A stretch of DNA of 64,000 nucleotides from an uncultured Pseudomonadota bacterium (GCA_963843375.1 CAWJKT010000009.1:247245-311244), one strand, 5' to 3'; positions 19,141 through 27,255 are shown, counted from the stretch's first letter. Numbers and translations are program-made. Notes: generated from the sequence alone by a model not told the origin.

Positions 19141-19149
19141 GGCTACCCT

Positions 19150-19176
19150 TGTCCACGGCGGGGAGCCTTCGTGGAC
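19150..19176. repeat. Array site 13 (27 bp variant): TGTCCACGGCG-GGAGCC-TTCGTGGACA
   Basis: Direct sequence; one base shorter than consensus. Confidence 0.85.
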
Positions 19177-19291
19177 AAGGAAATAAGGCAATAAACGGAT
19201 AAATGAATATCACCCTTTTAATAGTGAATTGGATAATTGGCCCGTTTGGAATACAATCTGAATAAGCTAATGTAAGCAAAGGGGAACGGTC

Positions 19292-19525
19292 ATGAGTCTC
19301 GCCGTCAAAGTACCTGTGGACCTTGAAAATCTTATCCAACAGCTTTCCGTGAAAGACAAAATCAAGCTGGCCCACGAGCTCGAAAGGCAGACCCGGCGCG
19401 AACGTTGGACCCCCCTTCTCAACCGCATCCAAAAACGGACGGCCAAAAATCCGGTCACTGATAAAGAAATAACTGCGATTGTCAAAGAAGCCAACCGGGA
19501 ATTACATGGCAAAGGCCGTCGTTGA
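19292..19525 (+). CDS. Putative antitoxin
   Basis: Small basic ORF overlapping a PIN toxin; ..PVTDKEITAIVKEANRE. Confidence 0.7.
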   Translation: MSLAVKVPVDLENLIQQLSVKDKIKLAHELERQTRRERWTPLLNRIQKRTAKNPVTDKEITAIVKEANRELHGKGRR

Positions 19526-19919
19526 TACCAATGTATTGATTGGTATTCTTCTCGGAAGCCATAATTGCCTGGCGGTGCGCGAGGCTTTCCTGGATGGCCT
19601 TTTTGACATCCTCATTTCACCTGAACTCGCCGCCGAGTTCATCATCACCTGCCAAAAACCAAAACTTTCCAAACTCATTCATCCTGGTGATGTCGCGGAC
19701 ACGATGGAGCTTTTAAAAAGCGATGCGGATTGGGTTGCTCCAAAAGTTAAAATCTTCGCAATCCGTGACCCCAAGGACAATCCCGTATTGGAATGCGTTG
19801 TCGCAGGGAAGGCCGATTTCATCATTTCGGGCGACAAAGACCTACTCGATCTCAAATCTTTCCGGAAAATTAAAATTATTAATCCTCGGCAATTTTTAAT
19901 GCTTTTGAAAAGGGCTTAA
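19506..19919 (+). CDS. PIN-family putative toxin
   Basis: AVVDTNVLIG, RDPKDNPVLECVVAGKADFIISGDKDLL. Confidence 0.9.
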   Translation: MAKAVVDTNVLIGILLGSHNCLAVREAFLDGLFDILISPELAAEFIITCQKPKLSKLIHPGDVADTMELLKSDADWVAPKVKIFAIRDPKDNPVLECVVAGKADFIISGDKDLLDLKSFRKIKIINPRQFLMLLKRA

Positions 19920-19927
19920 CTCCGAGC

Positions 19928-19955
19928 TGTCCACGACGGGGACCCCAAAGGAACA
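19928..19955. repeat. Array site 14 (degenerate right arm): TGTCCACGACG-GGGACC-CCAAAGGAACA
   Basis: Direct sequence; 9 bp after the stop codon. Confidence 0.8.
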
Positions 19956-20021
19956 ATAGTTTAAAGGCAAAAGGGATAGTAATTTGTTTGATGCAAATTT
20001 GGTATCATGTATAATACCAAT

Positions 20022-20450
20022 ATGAAACCATTGAGAATTGTACTGGACACCAACATTCTCGTCTCCGCTTTAAGGTCGCGCCTAGGCGCTTCGCACCAGT
20101 TATTATTGGCGGTGGGCGACAAACGGCTTCAACTTCAACTATCAGTGGCGTTGTTATTGGAATATGAGGCTGCCATTAAAAATCCCAATAGCGGCATCAA
20201 CCTTTCGGCGGATGAAAAAGACGATATCCTGGATTATCTCTGCGGTGAAGCGAAGCACTGTAAAGTGCATTACCTTTGGAGACCTTGCTTGAAAGACCCG
20301 GGAGATGACATGGTCCTGGAAGTGGCAGTTGCTTCGGAAGCAAGTGGGATTGTCACTTTTAACAGGCGGGATTTTAAAGGGATTGAGGCTTGGGGCCTAA
20401 AGATTTATACACCCCAGGAAATTTTGAAGATTTTAGGAGGCCATAAATGA
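20022..20450 (+). CDS. PIN-family putative toxin
   Basis: IVLDTNILVSAL, LLEYE, LKDPGDDMVLEVAV, IVTFNRRDF; TATAAT at 20010-20015. Confidence 0.9.
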   Translation: MKPLRIVLDTNILVSALRSRLGASHQLLLAVGDKRLQLQLSVALLLEYEAAIKNPNSGINLSADEKDDILDYLCGEAKHCKVHYLWRPCLKDPGDDMVLEVAVASEASGIVTFNRRDFKGIEAWGLKIYTPQEILKILGGHK

Positions 20451-20686
20451 GTGCCATTAGCTTGAGATTACCGAATAACCTTCACCGTTCCGTCCGGGAA
20501 TTGGCGGGAAAGGAACATGTTTCGATCAATCAAATGATCACCTTGGCCCTTGCGGAAAAAGTCTCAGCCTTGATGGCGGATGAATATTTGGGCCGCCGGG
20601 CCAAGCGTGGAAGCAAGGCGAAATTCCTCAAGGCGATGGGGCATGTTGAAAAAATCGAGCCAGAGGCCAAAGACAAGTTACGGTGA
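20447..20686 (+). CDS. Ribbon-helix-helix antitoxin
   Basis: MSAISLRLPNNLHRSVRELAGKEHVSINQMITLALAEK. Confidence 0.85.
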   Translation: MSAISLRLPNNLHRSVRELAGKEHVSINQMITLALAEKVSALMADEYLGRRAKRGSKAKFLKAMGHVEKIEPEAKDKLR

Positions 20687-20742
20687 CCTTCTGAGGTTTC
20701 CTTGAATTGGTTAGGCGACAACTAAAGAATGATCTGGAAGGT

Positions 20743-20770
20743 TGTCCACGACGGGGACCCGGGGTGGACA
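20743..20770. repeat. Array site 15: TGTCCACGACG-GGGACC-CGGGGTGGACA
   Basis: Direct sequence. Confidence 0.9.
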
Positions 20771-20841
20771 ATATCAATTTGGGAAACGTTGTAAACATTT
20801 TGGTTCAAATCATTAATCCAAAAACAGGGAGGTATAAGAGC

Positions 20842-21519
20842 ATGAAAAATTATTTGAAAAACCTGGTGCTTTTGTTCTTGTTGTTGGTCCGCGTTGCGGG
20901 GGCCCAATCCGGCAACCTGCAACCAAATGATTTTGAAAATTCCGCAAAAGAACAACTAGTGTCCCTAAAGGAAACCGTTTCAAGTTTGACCAATGAAAAA
21001 GGAGATCTCAGCGACAGGCGCGGTGATTTGACTCTACGGATATTAAAGGAATATTTGAATGACAAGGCGGATGAAGCGACATCCCAAAAGAACACACAAG
21101 GAGCCGCTTATTACCAAAAAGAGAGCTTGGACCTTCAATCATTGCATGACGATATTTATGCCCATAGCATTAAAATTAGGGACCTCAACCATCAGATGGA
21201 AAACTTGCGTGTCGGTTTATACACCGAAGTCATTGATAGATTTACCCAGAGTTTTGAAAATGATAAAAACTCCAAAGCCGTCTCAATCCTCAAGGAATGC
21301 AAAGGTTTCCTTGAAAAGGCTCAATCCATTGTGGAAAAGAAATTTGAGCTGGCCCAAAATGCCACCGAGGTTAAGAAGAATGGTAATTTCCAAACCGTAC
21401 CCGATATCCGCAAGCAGATCGATGAACTTCAAAAACAATACGATAAGCTCATTTCGGACACCCAGGTGAAAATGAAACAAATTGGGTTGGATAAAAACAA
21501 TCCTCTACTCAATATCTAA
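20842..21519 (+). CDS. Hypothetical secreted coiled-coil protein
   Basis: GGGAGG RBS; signal peptide MKNYLKNLVLLFLLLVRVAGAQ; helical, K/E/Q-rich. Confidence 0.7.
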   Translation: MKNYLKNLVLLFLLLVRVAGAQSGNLQPNDFENSAKEQLVSLKETVSSLTNEKGDLSDRRGDLTLRILKEYLNDKADEATSQKNTQGAAYYQKESLDLQSLHDDIYAHSIKIRDLNHQMENLRVGLYTEVIDRFTQSFENDKNSKAVSILKECKGFLEKAQSIVEKKFELAQNATEVKKNGNFQTVPDIRKQIDELQKQYDKLISDTQVKMKQIGLDKNNPLLNI

Positions 21520-21662
21520 TCTCAATGTCGGTCGGTGATCGGGGAGGACATTTTTTGATTCTCATCCCAGGCTTCGGTCCGTTTCTCTCTTTTCCCCGTC
21601 CCCCAAAATCCCTAGTCAGAATCGCAAGTAGCGCCTTTTGAAATGTTGCAATGCAAGTATCT

Positions 21663-21747
21663 TGTCCACGGCGGGGACCCCGTTCGGCTCCCTTTGGTCG
21701 CTCAGGGCAAATTATAAGTCGTCCAATCTGGGGACCCTGATTGGACA
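21663..21747. repeat. Composite array site 16: A-left arm + GGGACC, 40-nt insert, then CGTCCAATCTG-GGGACC-CTGATTGGACA (21720-21747)
   Basis: Direct sequence. Confidence 0.88.
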
Positions 21748-21812
21748 GATGAGAAGTAAGAAATATCTCGCTTGGATTGAATTTAAAGGGATGAATCTAA
21801 AAGAGGCCTCCT

Positions 21813-22727
21813 GTGTTTAAGTTATCAATGATATCAATTTTTATTTTTGCCGCACAAATCACGTTCGGCGGAGAACTTCAAGCAATAGTTTATTGTAGTG
21901 GTACTAATGAGGATGATTTGGGGTTGTGTAGTATCTCGCCCGAAGGTACAAAGCACTCCTGCTTAAATGATCGAGATCATTCACTTTTAAATAATCATTA
22001 TTCCTCTCCAGCTTGGAAACCCAAAAGCAAAGAACTTGTGGTCGAATACGCAAAACCTGATGGGGATCGAATACTGGAATTAATTGATGGCCTTGGGAAT
22101 AAGATTCGCGAAGTTAACAAATCCTTTAATTTTATGAGACCCGTTTGGAGCCCCGATGGGAGCCACATTTATGCGTTGAAGTATGGGATAGGGCCACAAA
22201 TAGGACAATGGGATTCAAATGGGATGAACTTTAAATTTGTACCCATTGTGGGCGCGCCTAACAACACGAACGCCCCTAATAGCCAAGGTGATTTTCAAAT
22301 GATTTCTTTCAGCCCTTCAGGGAAAAGCGTCGCTTTGCTCAACTACGGGTTCAAACAGATCATTGTAGCTAGTGTGAAAGAACAACAATTTGTCGCTCAA
22401 AAAGAACTTCCGACGAATTTTAATTACGTGGCCCAGTCGGCATGGCTTGATGAGAGTCATTTGCTATTTGTCGGGAGGTTAAATCCGGGGGCTGCCAATC
22501 TTTGGGAACTGAACATTGGGGATGGTTCTACGCGTTTAGTGGAAATTCCTAACCTTTCGCTTCAGGATTACTTTGCCCTCTCGCCGGATCGAAAATCAGT
22601 TGTTGTTTGCGCGACAGAAAAAAATCAAAATTTGTGTTGGAGTCTTTGGGAGTATTTGTTGGGTTCTCCCGCGGCCAAGAGACTTACAACAAGAAATCTG
22701 GATTCCGGCCCTACCTGGGGGGACTGA
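21813..22727 (+). CDS. Secreted TolB-like beta-propeller protein
   Basis: Signal peptide; SPAWKP, RPVWSPDG, SFSPSG, ALSPDR, GPTWG repeats. Confidence 0.7.
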   Translation: MFKLSMISIFIFAAQITFGGELQAIVYCSGTNEDDLGLCSISPEGTKHSCLNDRDHSLLNNHYSSPAWKPKSKELVVEYAKPDGDRILELIDGLGNKIREVNKSFNFMRPVWSPDGSHIYALKYGIGPQIGQWDSNGMNFKFVPIVGAPNNTNAPNSQGDFQMISFSPSGKSVALLNYGFKQIIVASVKEQQFVAQKELPTNFNYVAQSAWLDESHLLFVGRLNPGAANLWELNIGDGSTRLVEIPNLSLQDYFALSPDRKSVVVCATEKNQNLCWSLWEYLLGSPAAKRLTTRNLDSGPTWGD

Positions 22728-22747
22728 GTATTAACGGTTGCAAAGCT

Positions 22748-22832
22748 TGTCCACGACGGCGACCCCGTTCGACTCGCTAAGCTCGCTCAGGGCAAATGAT
22801 AGGTCGTCCAATCTGGGGACCCGGAGTGGACA
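22748..22832. repeat. Composite array site 17: A-left arm + GCGACC, 40-nt insert, then CGTCCAATCTG-GGGACC-CGGAGTGGACA (22805-22832)
   Basis: Direct sequence. Confidence 0.88.
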
Positions 22833-22871
22833 GAAGAAAAAAGGATTGAATTTCTTGTTTAATGTCGCGAG

Positions 22872-23801
22872 GTGTTGATGCAATTCTTCAGAATAGATAA
22901 AAAAATCATCCTTTTAGTGGTTTATGCACTTCTGCAAGCCATTGGGATGAACCATGGTGTTTGGGCAGATCCGGCAGGCGTGTCCACTTCAAAAATTCAA
23001 AATGACGATCCCTGCGAAGACTTTATTCGCCAATGGATTGACGGGAAAAATAAAACCATTCCAATCAAATTACGTGAGAGGATTCAAAAATATTTAGGGA
23101 AGGAAGTTCTCTATCCTCCGCCCATTTCCACAAAAGAGGCTCCCTTTTTTCTTCCGAAACCTAATGAAATACGGGCTAGTTTTAAAATGGTGCCCTATGC
23201 TGATGCAGAATACCAATATAAGATCGATTCTGAATTTATAGCCGCGGGGGACATGGTTGAAACGAGATATGGGAAATCACCCGTCACCTTCATGCTACAT
23301 AACGTCTTTTCTTCATTCATCCAAAACCATACTTACTTCCTGGTGAATTATGAGAAAGACGATTCGGAAACGGACTCAACCGAATATTACAACCTCTATT
23401 TGCAAACATCCCCAAAAGCAGTAAGTGAATTAGTTCACGGCGCTTCCCATATTGACTTTTTCACTCTTGGAAAAAATTCACCCATATTTGTGGTGGAGGA
23501 AAGCCAAACATTTGATGCACATTTCAAAGGTGGATTTTATCAGGTAAGGGGAGATGGAACCTTAAAAGAGTTGCAAAACTTGGAAGCCTTTAAAGTAAGT
23601 TGGGATATCGCTGATTTTGAGGGAAATGGTAATTCGGAACTCATGGTAAGTGAGGAGATGGACGTCCCCAAACGACCGACTGATTGTAAGGGACATGGAA
23701 CCTGTTTTTTTCGCGAAATGAAGATCAAAAAATGGGACGGCGTCCAATACGATACGATCGCAGATTATTTCTACATTGAACCCTGTGATGTTGTTAGATA
23801 G
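22872..23801 (+). CDS. Hypothetical exported protein
   Basis: N-terminal hydrophobic segment; DFEGNGNSEL FG-GAP-like loop. Confidence 0.6.
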   Translation: MLMQFFRIDKKIILLVVYALLQAIGMNHGVWADPAGVSTSKIQNDDPCEDFIRQWIDGKNKTIPIKLRERIQKYLGKEVLYPPPISTKEAPFFLPKPNEIRASFKMVPYADAEYQYKIDSEFIAAGDMVETRYGKSPVTFMLHNVFSSFIQNHTYFLVNYEKDDSETDSTEYYNLYLQTSPKAVSELVHGASHIDFFTLGKNSPIFVVEESQTFDAHFKGGFYQVRGDGTLKELQNLEAFKVSWDIADFEGNGNSELMVSEEMDVPKRPTDCKGHGTCFFREMKIKKWDGVQYDTIADYFYIEPCDVVR

Positions 23802-23815
23802 AAATAAATTAAAGT

Positions 23816-23843
23816 TGTCCACGGCGGGGACCTGTCGTGGACA
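23816..23843. repeat. Array site 18: TGTCCACGGCG-GGGACC-TGTCGTGGACA
   Basis: Direct sequence. Confidence 0.92.
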
Positions 23844-23941
23844 TGCAAAATGGGGCTAGACCTGACATTTCACCGGATTGCCACGGGGCCCCGGGTTTGA
23901 TATAAGTATGGTAAGTAGTGCCATACTATTGGGGAGGCGAA

Positions 23942-24139
23942 ATGAAAATTACAACCCATATTGACGAAGCTCTCTTACGGCAGGCGAAACGCAAAACGGG
24001 TATCGTTTCTCAACGGGAAATCCTGGAAACCGGCTTACGTAACTTATTGGCGGATATCCAAAGAAAAAGTTTCGTGAAGGATTTTGATAAGTTCCGCCTT
24101 GATCTCACACTCAATTCACTCAAAGGATCCAGGGGTTGA
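23942..24139 (+). CDS. vapB: VapB antitoxin
   Basis: MKITTHIDEALLRQAKRKTGIVSQREILETGL; GGAGG RBS. Confidence 0.85.
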   Translation: MKITTHIDEALLRQAKRKTGIVSQREILETGLRNLLADIQRKSFVKDFDKFRLDLTLNSLKGSRG

Positions 24140-24570
24140 ATCAGCTTTATCTGATTGACAGTTCGGCCTGGATTTTTGCGTTGGGTTCCAGGCCCCTGGA
24201 GGCCATACGAACGCGGGTGAAAGAATTGGTGGAAAACAATCTTGCAGCCATTACCTCACCTATCTTCTTCGAGCTTGTTTCTTCCGAAAAATCTCAGGCC
24301 CATTCGACACTATTGGCGGCGCATTTATCGGCCCTTCACCCTTTCCCCTTATTGCCAAATGAGTGGGCGGAGGCGGCCGAGTGGACTAGAGAACATCGCC
24401 AAAAAGGGCGTAAATTAAAAACGGTTGATGCTTTGATTGCCTTTAAAGCGTATAAACACAATCTGACCCTGGTTCACGCTGATGCGGACATGGACAGGAT
24501 TGCAAGCCATTCCAAATTGGAAGTGGAAAGCTATGTCCGGCAGGTTCGCTCTGTCCATCGGAGCAGTTAA
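24136..24570 (+). CDS. vapC: VapC PIN-domain toxin
   Basis: LIDSSAWI, IFFELV, TVDALIA, LVHADADM. Confidence 0.88.
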   Translation: MNQLYLIDSSAWIFALGSRPLEAIRTRVKELVENNLAAITSPIFFELVSSEKSQAHSTLLAAHLSALHPFPLLPNEWAEAAEWTREHRQKGRKLKTVDALIAFKAYKHNLTLVHADADMDRIASHSKLEVESYVRQVRSVHRSS

Positions 24571-24573
24571 AGT

Positions 24574-24601
24574 TGTCCATGGCGGGGAGGCGAAATGAAA
24601 C
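24574..24601. repeat. Terminal array site 19 (left arm and spacer only): TGTCCATGGCG-GGGAGG-CGAAATGAAAC
   Basis: Left arm is near consensus; 4 bp after the vapC stop; the right part equals the vapB RBS region. Confidence 0.7.
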
Positions 24602-24676
24602 ACTTTTGTTCTAGAGGTGTCTACCACCGGAAGCCTTCGAGTGAATTGCTGATCGAACAAAAGGATTCGAAAAAAA

Positions 24677-24919
24677 GTGAAACCTGATCAAAATAAAAAA
24701 CCATCTCCTGTTTTGAGGACGGTCGTCGAGATGGGGTTCATTATTTTTCTGTTTTATTCTAATCTTTTGATGGGGGAATTTACCCAATCCAATAGCACGC
24801 AAGGAAAGAGTTTGTATTTGGCCATTAAAGATATATTTACGGTGACTAATTTTACGATTGCCATTGTTTCTGCGCTGATTGGTCATTTGATTTTTGAACA
24901 TTTCAGAAAGAAACTTTAA
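24677..24919 (+). CDS. Small hypothetical membrane protein
   Basis: Two hydrophobic segments; stop abuts the next start. Confidence 0.6.
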   Translation: MKPDQNKKPSPVLRTVVEMGFIIFLFYSNLLMGEFTQSNSTQGKSLYLAIKDIFTVTNFTIAIVSALIGHLIFEHFRKKL

Positions 24920-25836
24920 TGAATATCCTTGTAACGGGTGGGGCGGGATTTATAGGAAGCCACGTGGTGGATGCTTATATTGAGGCGGGACAACGGGTAG
25001 TGGTGGTCGATGATCTGTCTACGGGAAAAAAAGAAAATCTAAACCCCAAGGCAAAATTCTACCAAATGGACATCTTGGACGACAAACTCCAACATTTGAT
25101 GCAGGATGAAGGTATAGAACTGGTCAACCATCACGCGGCCCAGATCAAGGTGAAAGCTTCTTTGGAAGATCCCTATTTCGACGTTAAGGTGAATGTCCTG
25201 GGTTCGGTACTGCTTTTGGACCTTTGCAGGCGTGCGGGAGTGAAAAAGTTTATCTATGCCTCCTCGGGCGGTGCCCAATACGGTGAAATGGACAAGGTTC
25301 CATTTCCGGAAACGCACCTATCACGGCCTTTTTCGGTTTATGGTGCCAGTAAGTATTCGGTGGAAATCTACGCAGATGTCTTCGCCCAGAATTTTGGTCT
25401 GGAATATGTCATCTTGCGCTATGCCAACGTCTACGGCCCCCGCCAGGATGCTTTGGGGGAAGGTGGCGTAGTAGCCATTTTTACCCACAGCATGCTCCAT
25501 GGCGGGGAATTCGTGATCTTTGGCGACGGTTATAATGTGAGGGATTATGTGTATGTGGGGGATTTGGCTAGGGCCAACCTAATGGCCATCGACTATCCAC
25601 ACAATGATGTTTTTAATATTGGAACGGGTGTTGGAACCACAACGAACGAGTTATTTAAATTCTTAGCCAAGGCGACGGGCCATAAGCCGCCACCCAAAAG
25701 AACAGTGGCTAGGCTGGGTGATTTGAAAAAGAGTGTTTTAGATGTGTCTAAAGCCAAGAAGCTTTTAAAATGGGAACCCAGATTTGATCTTGCAGCTGGG
25801 TTAAAAGAAACGGTTGAATACTTCGAGAAGTTTTGA
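24919..25836 (+). CDS. NAD-dependent epimerase/dehydratase (UDP-glucose 4-epimerase-like)
   Basis: TGGAGFIGSH, YGASK, RYANVYGPRQ, RDYVYVGD. Confidence 0.92.
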   Translation: MNILVTGGAGFIGSHVVDAYIEAGQRVVVVDDLSTGKKENLNPKAKFYQMDILDDKLQHLMQDEGIELVNHHAAQIKVKASLEDPYFDVKVNVLGSVLLLDLCRRAGVKKFIYASSGGAQYGEMDKVPFPETHLSRPFSVYGASKYSVEIYADVFAQNFGLEYVILRYANVYGPRQDALGEGGVVAIFTHSMLHGGEFVIFGDGYNVRDYVYVGDLARANLMAIDYPHNDVFNIGTGVGTTTNELFKFLAKATGHKPPPKRTVARLGDLKKSVLDVSKAKKLLKWEPRFDLAAGLKETVEYFEKF

Positions 25837-25872
25837 ATTTTAAAAAATAAAATTAAGAATTGAAAATTAATC

Positions 25873-26913
25873 ATGAAAGCTATCATTCTCGTCGGCGGCC
25901 AGGGAACCCGCATGCGTCCATTGACCGATCATCTGCCCAAGAATATCGTGCCTCTTTGTGGTACTCCTTTCCTTACCTATCAGATTGAATATTTGAAAAA
26001 AGTCGGGATTAAAGAGATTGTCTTTTCGTTGGGCTATCGGCCCACGGATATTCGAAAAGTTTACGGAGATGGCAGGCGTCTAAAGGTGAAAATCCATTAC
26101 GTTGTCGAAAAAGAACCTCTAGGGACGGCGGGCGCAATCAAGAACGCGGAAAAGTTGGTGGCGGGCCATCAAGTTGTGGTGCTGAACGGGGATATATTGA
26201 CCGATATTCCGTTGAAAAAGATGATCGCCACTCATCGCAAAAACAATAATATTGCTACCTTGGGATTGTTCCGTGTGGAAGACCCGACCGCTTATGGTTT
26301 GGTTTTATTGGATTCGAAAGGCCAAATCACCCGCTTTCTTGAAAAACCGACGGCGGAGGAAGCCGTGACGGACACCATAAACGCTGGTGTTTATGTGTTT
26401 GAACCGGCTGTTTTCCGATATATCCCTGAAGGACAAAATTATTCCGCAGAGAGGGGATTGTTCCCGGGACTTTTAGCCGCGAAGGAACGTTTCGGAGGTT
26501 TCGTTTGGAAGGGTTATTGGCAAGACATAGGTACTCCCCGAAAATACCTGACTACCCAGTGGGATGTTTTAAATGGTTCTTTTAAGGTTATGGCCCCCTT
26601 TCAAACCAAGCGAAACAAAGTTTATTTAGGAAAGGGCGTAAAGATCGGGAAGGGTGTCCTTTTAAAAGGCCCCGCCTTGTTGGAAGAGGGTTGCGTGATA
26701 GGGGATGGGGCTGAAATTCTTCCTTACGCGGTTCTGGGGAAAAAATGTGTTATCGGCAAAAACAGCGTTGTTTCCAAAAGCGTACTTTGGGATAGGACAC
26801 AAGTAGGAAATGGAATCCGTTTGGAGGAAGTGGTTTTGGGACGCCATTGCCGGGTATCTGATCATTCCCGTTTGGGTCCTGGAAGCGTATTGGGCGATGA
26901 AGCGTATCTATAA
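25873..26913 (+). CDS. NDP-sugar synthase (mannose-1-phosphate guanylyltransferase-like)
   Basis: LVGGQGTRMRPLT..PK, EPLGTAGA, NGD, WQDIGTP, C-terminal hexapeptide repeats. Confidence 0.9.
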   Translation: MKAIILVGGQGTRMRPLTDHLPKNIVPLCGTPFLTYQIEYLKKVGIKEIVFSLGYRPTDIRKVYGDGRRLKVKIHYVVEKEPLGTAGAIKNAEKLVAGHQVVVLNGDILTDIPLKKMIATHRKNNNIATLGLFRVEDPTAYGLVLLDSKGQITRFLEKPTAEEAVTDTINAGVYVFEPAVFRYIPEGQNYSAERGLFPGLLAAKERFGGFVWKGYWQDIGTPRKYLTTQWDVLNGSFKVMAPFQTKRNKVYLGKGVKIGKGVLLKGPALLEEGCVIGDGAEILPYAVLGKKCVIGKNSVVSKSVLWDRTQVGNGIRLEEVVLGRHCRVSDHSRLGPGSVLGDEAYL

Positions 26914-26936
26914 TTTCAGATTCTGGACTTGAATCG

Positions 26937-27251
26937 ATGCCTCCAACAGGTTATCAAAAAGCTGCGGATTTGAAAAACCTTGAGGACGGCAAATCCATCG
27001 AGGTGGAATTAGGTCCCTTACCCCTTCTTCTGCATCGCCGGGGTGATCAAGTGTTTGCTACCGGGGTTTATTGCGCCCATCAGGATGTGCGCTTAAACCC
27101 AGCCAATTGCGCGGGTGATACCATCCTTTGCACGGCCCATGGATATCGTATGAATATCCGAACAGGGGCCTGCCTTAATGAAGACGACCTCTTTCTACCC
27201 ACTTATCCAACCTCTATCGAGAATAACGATGTCTGGGTGAAGTTGAGATAA
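26937..27251 (+). CDS. Rieske [2Fe-2S] ferredoxin
   Basis: CAHQ...CTAHG motif. Confidence 0.85.
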   Translation: MPPTGYQKAADLKNLEDGKSIEVELGPLPLLLHRRGDQVFATGVYCAHQDVRLNPANCAGDTILCTAHGYRMNIRTGACLNEDDLFLPTYPTSIENNDVWVKLR

Positions 27252-27255
27252 AAGG

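Noticed and set aside
2283-24601. The 28-bp repeats as a CRISPR array
   Set aside because: Intervals are 0.6-3 kb and hold whole genes rather than 30-40-bp spacers; no cas genes are present.
2283-24601. The repeats as Rho-independent terminators or ordinary REPs
   Set aside because: No U-tract follows them, the 6-bp spacer is conserved and directional, and I found none among 39 kb of core genes. Real terminators in the window look different (14337, 50284).
2283-24601. The repeats as classical integron attC sites
   Set aside because: Too short, with a single pair of arms and no L boxes or extrahelical bases. Only one B-type left arm (GTCCAAC at 9958) fits RYYYAAC.
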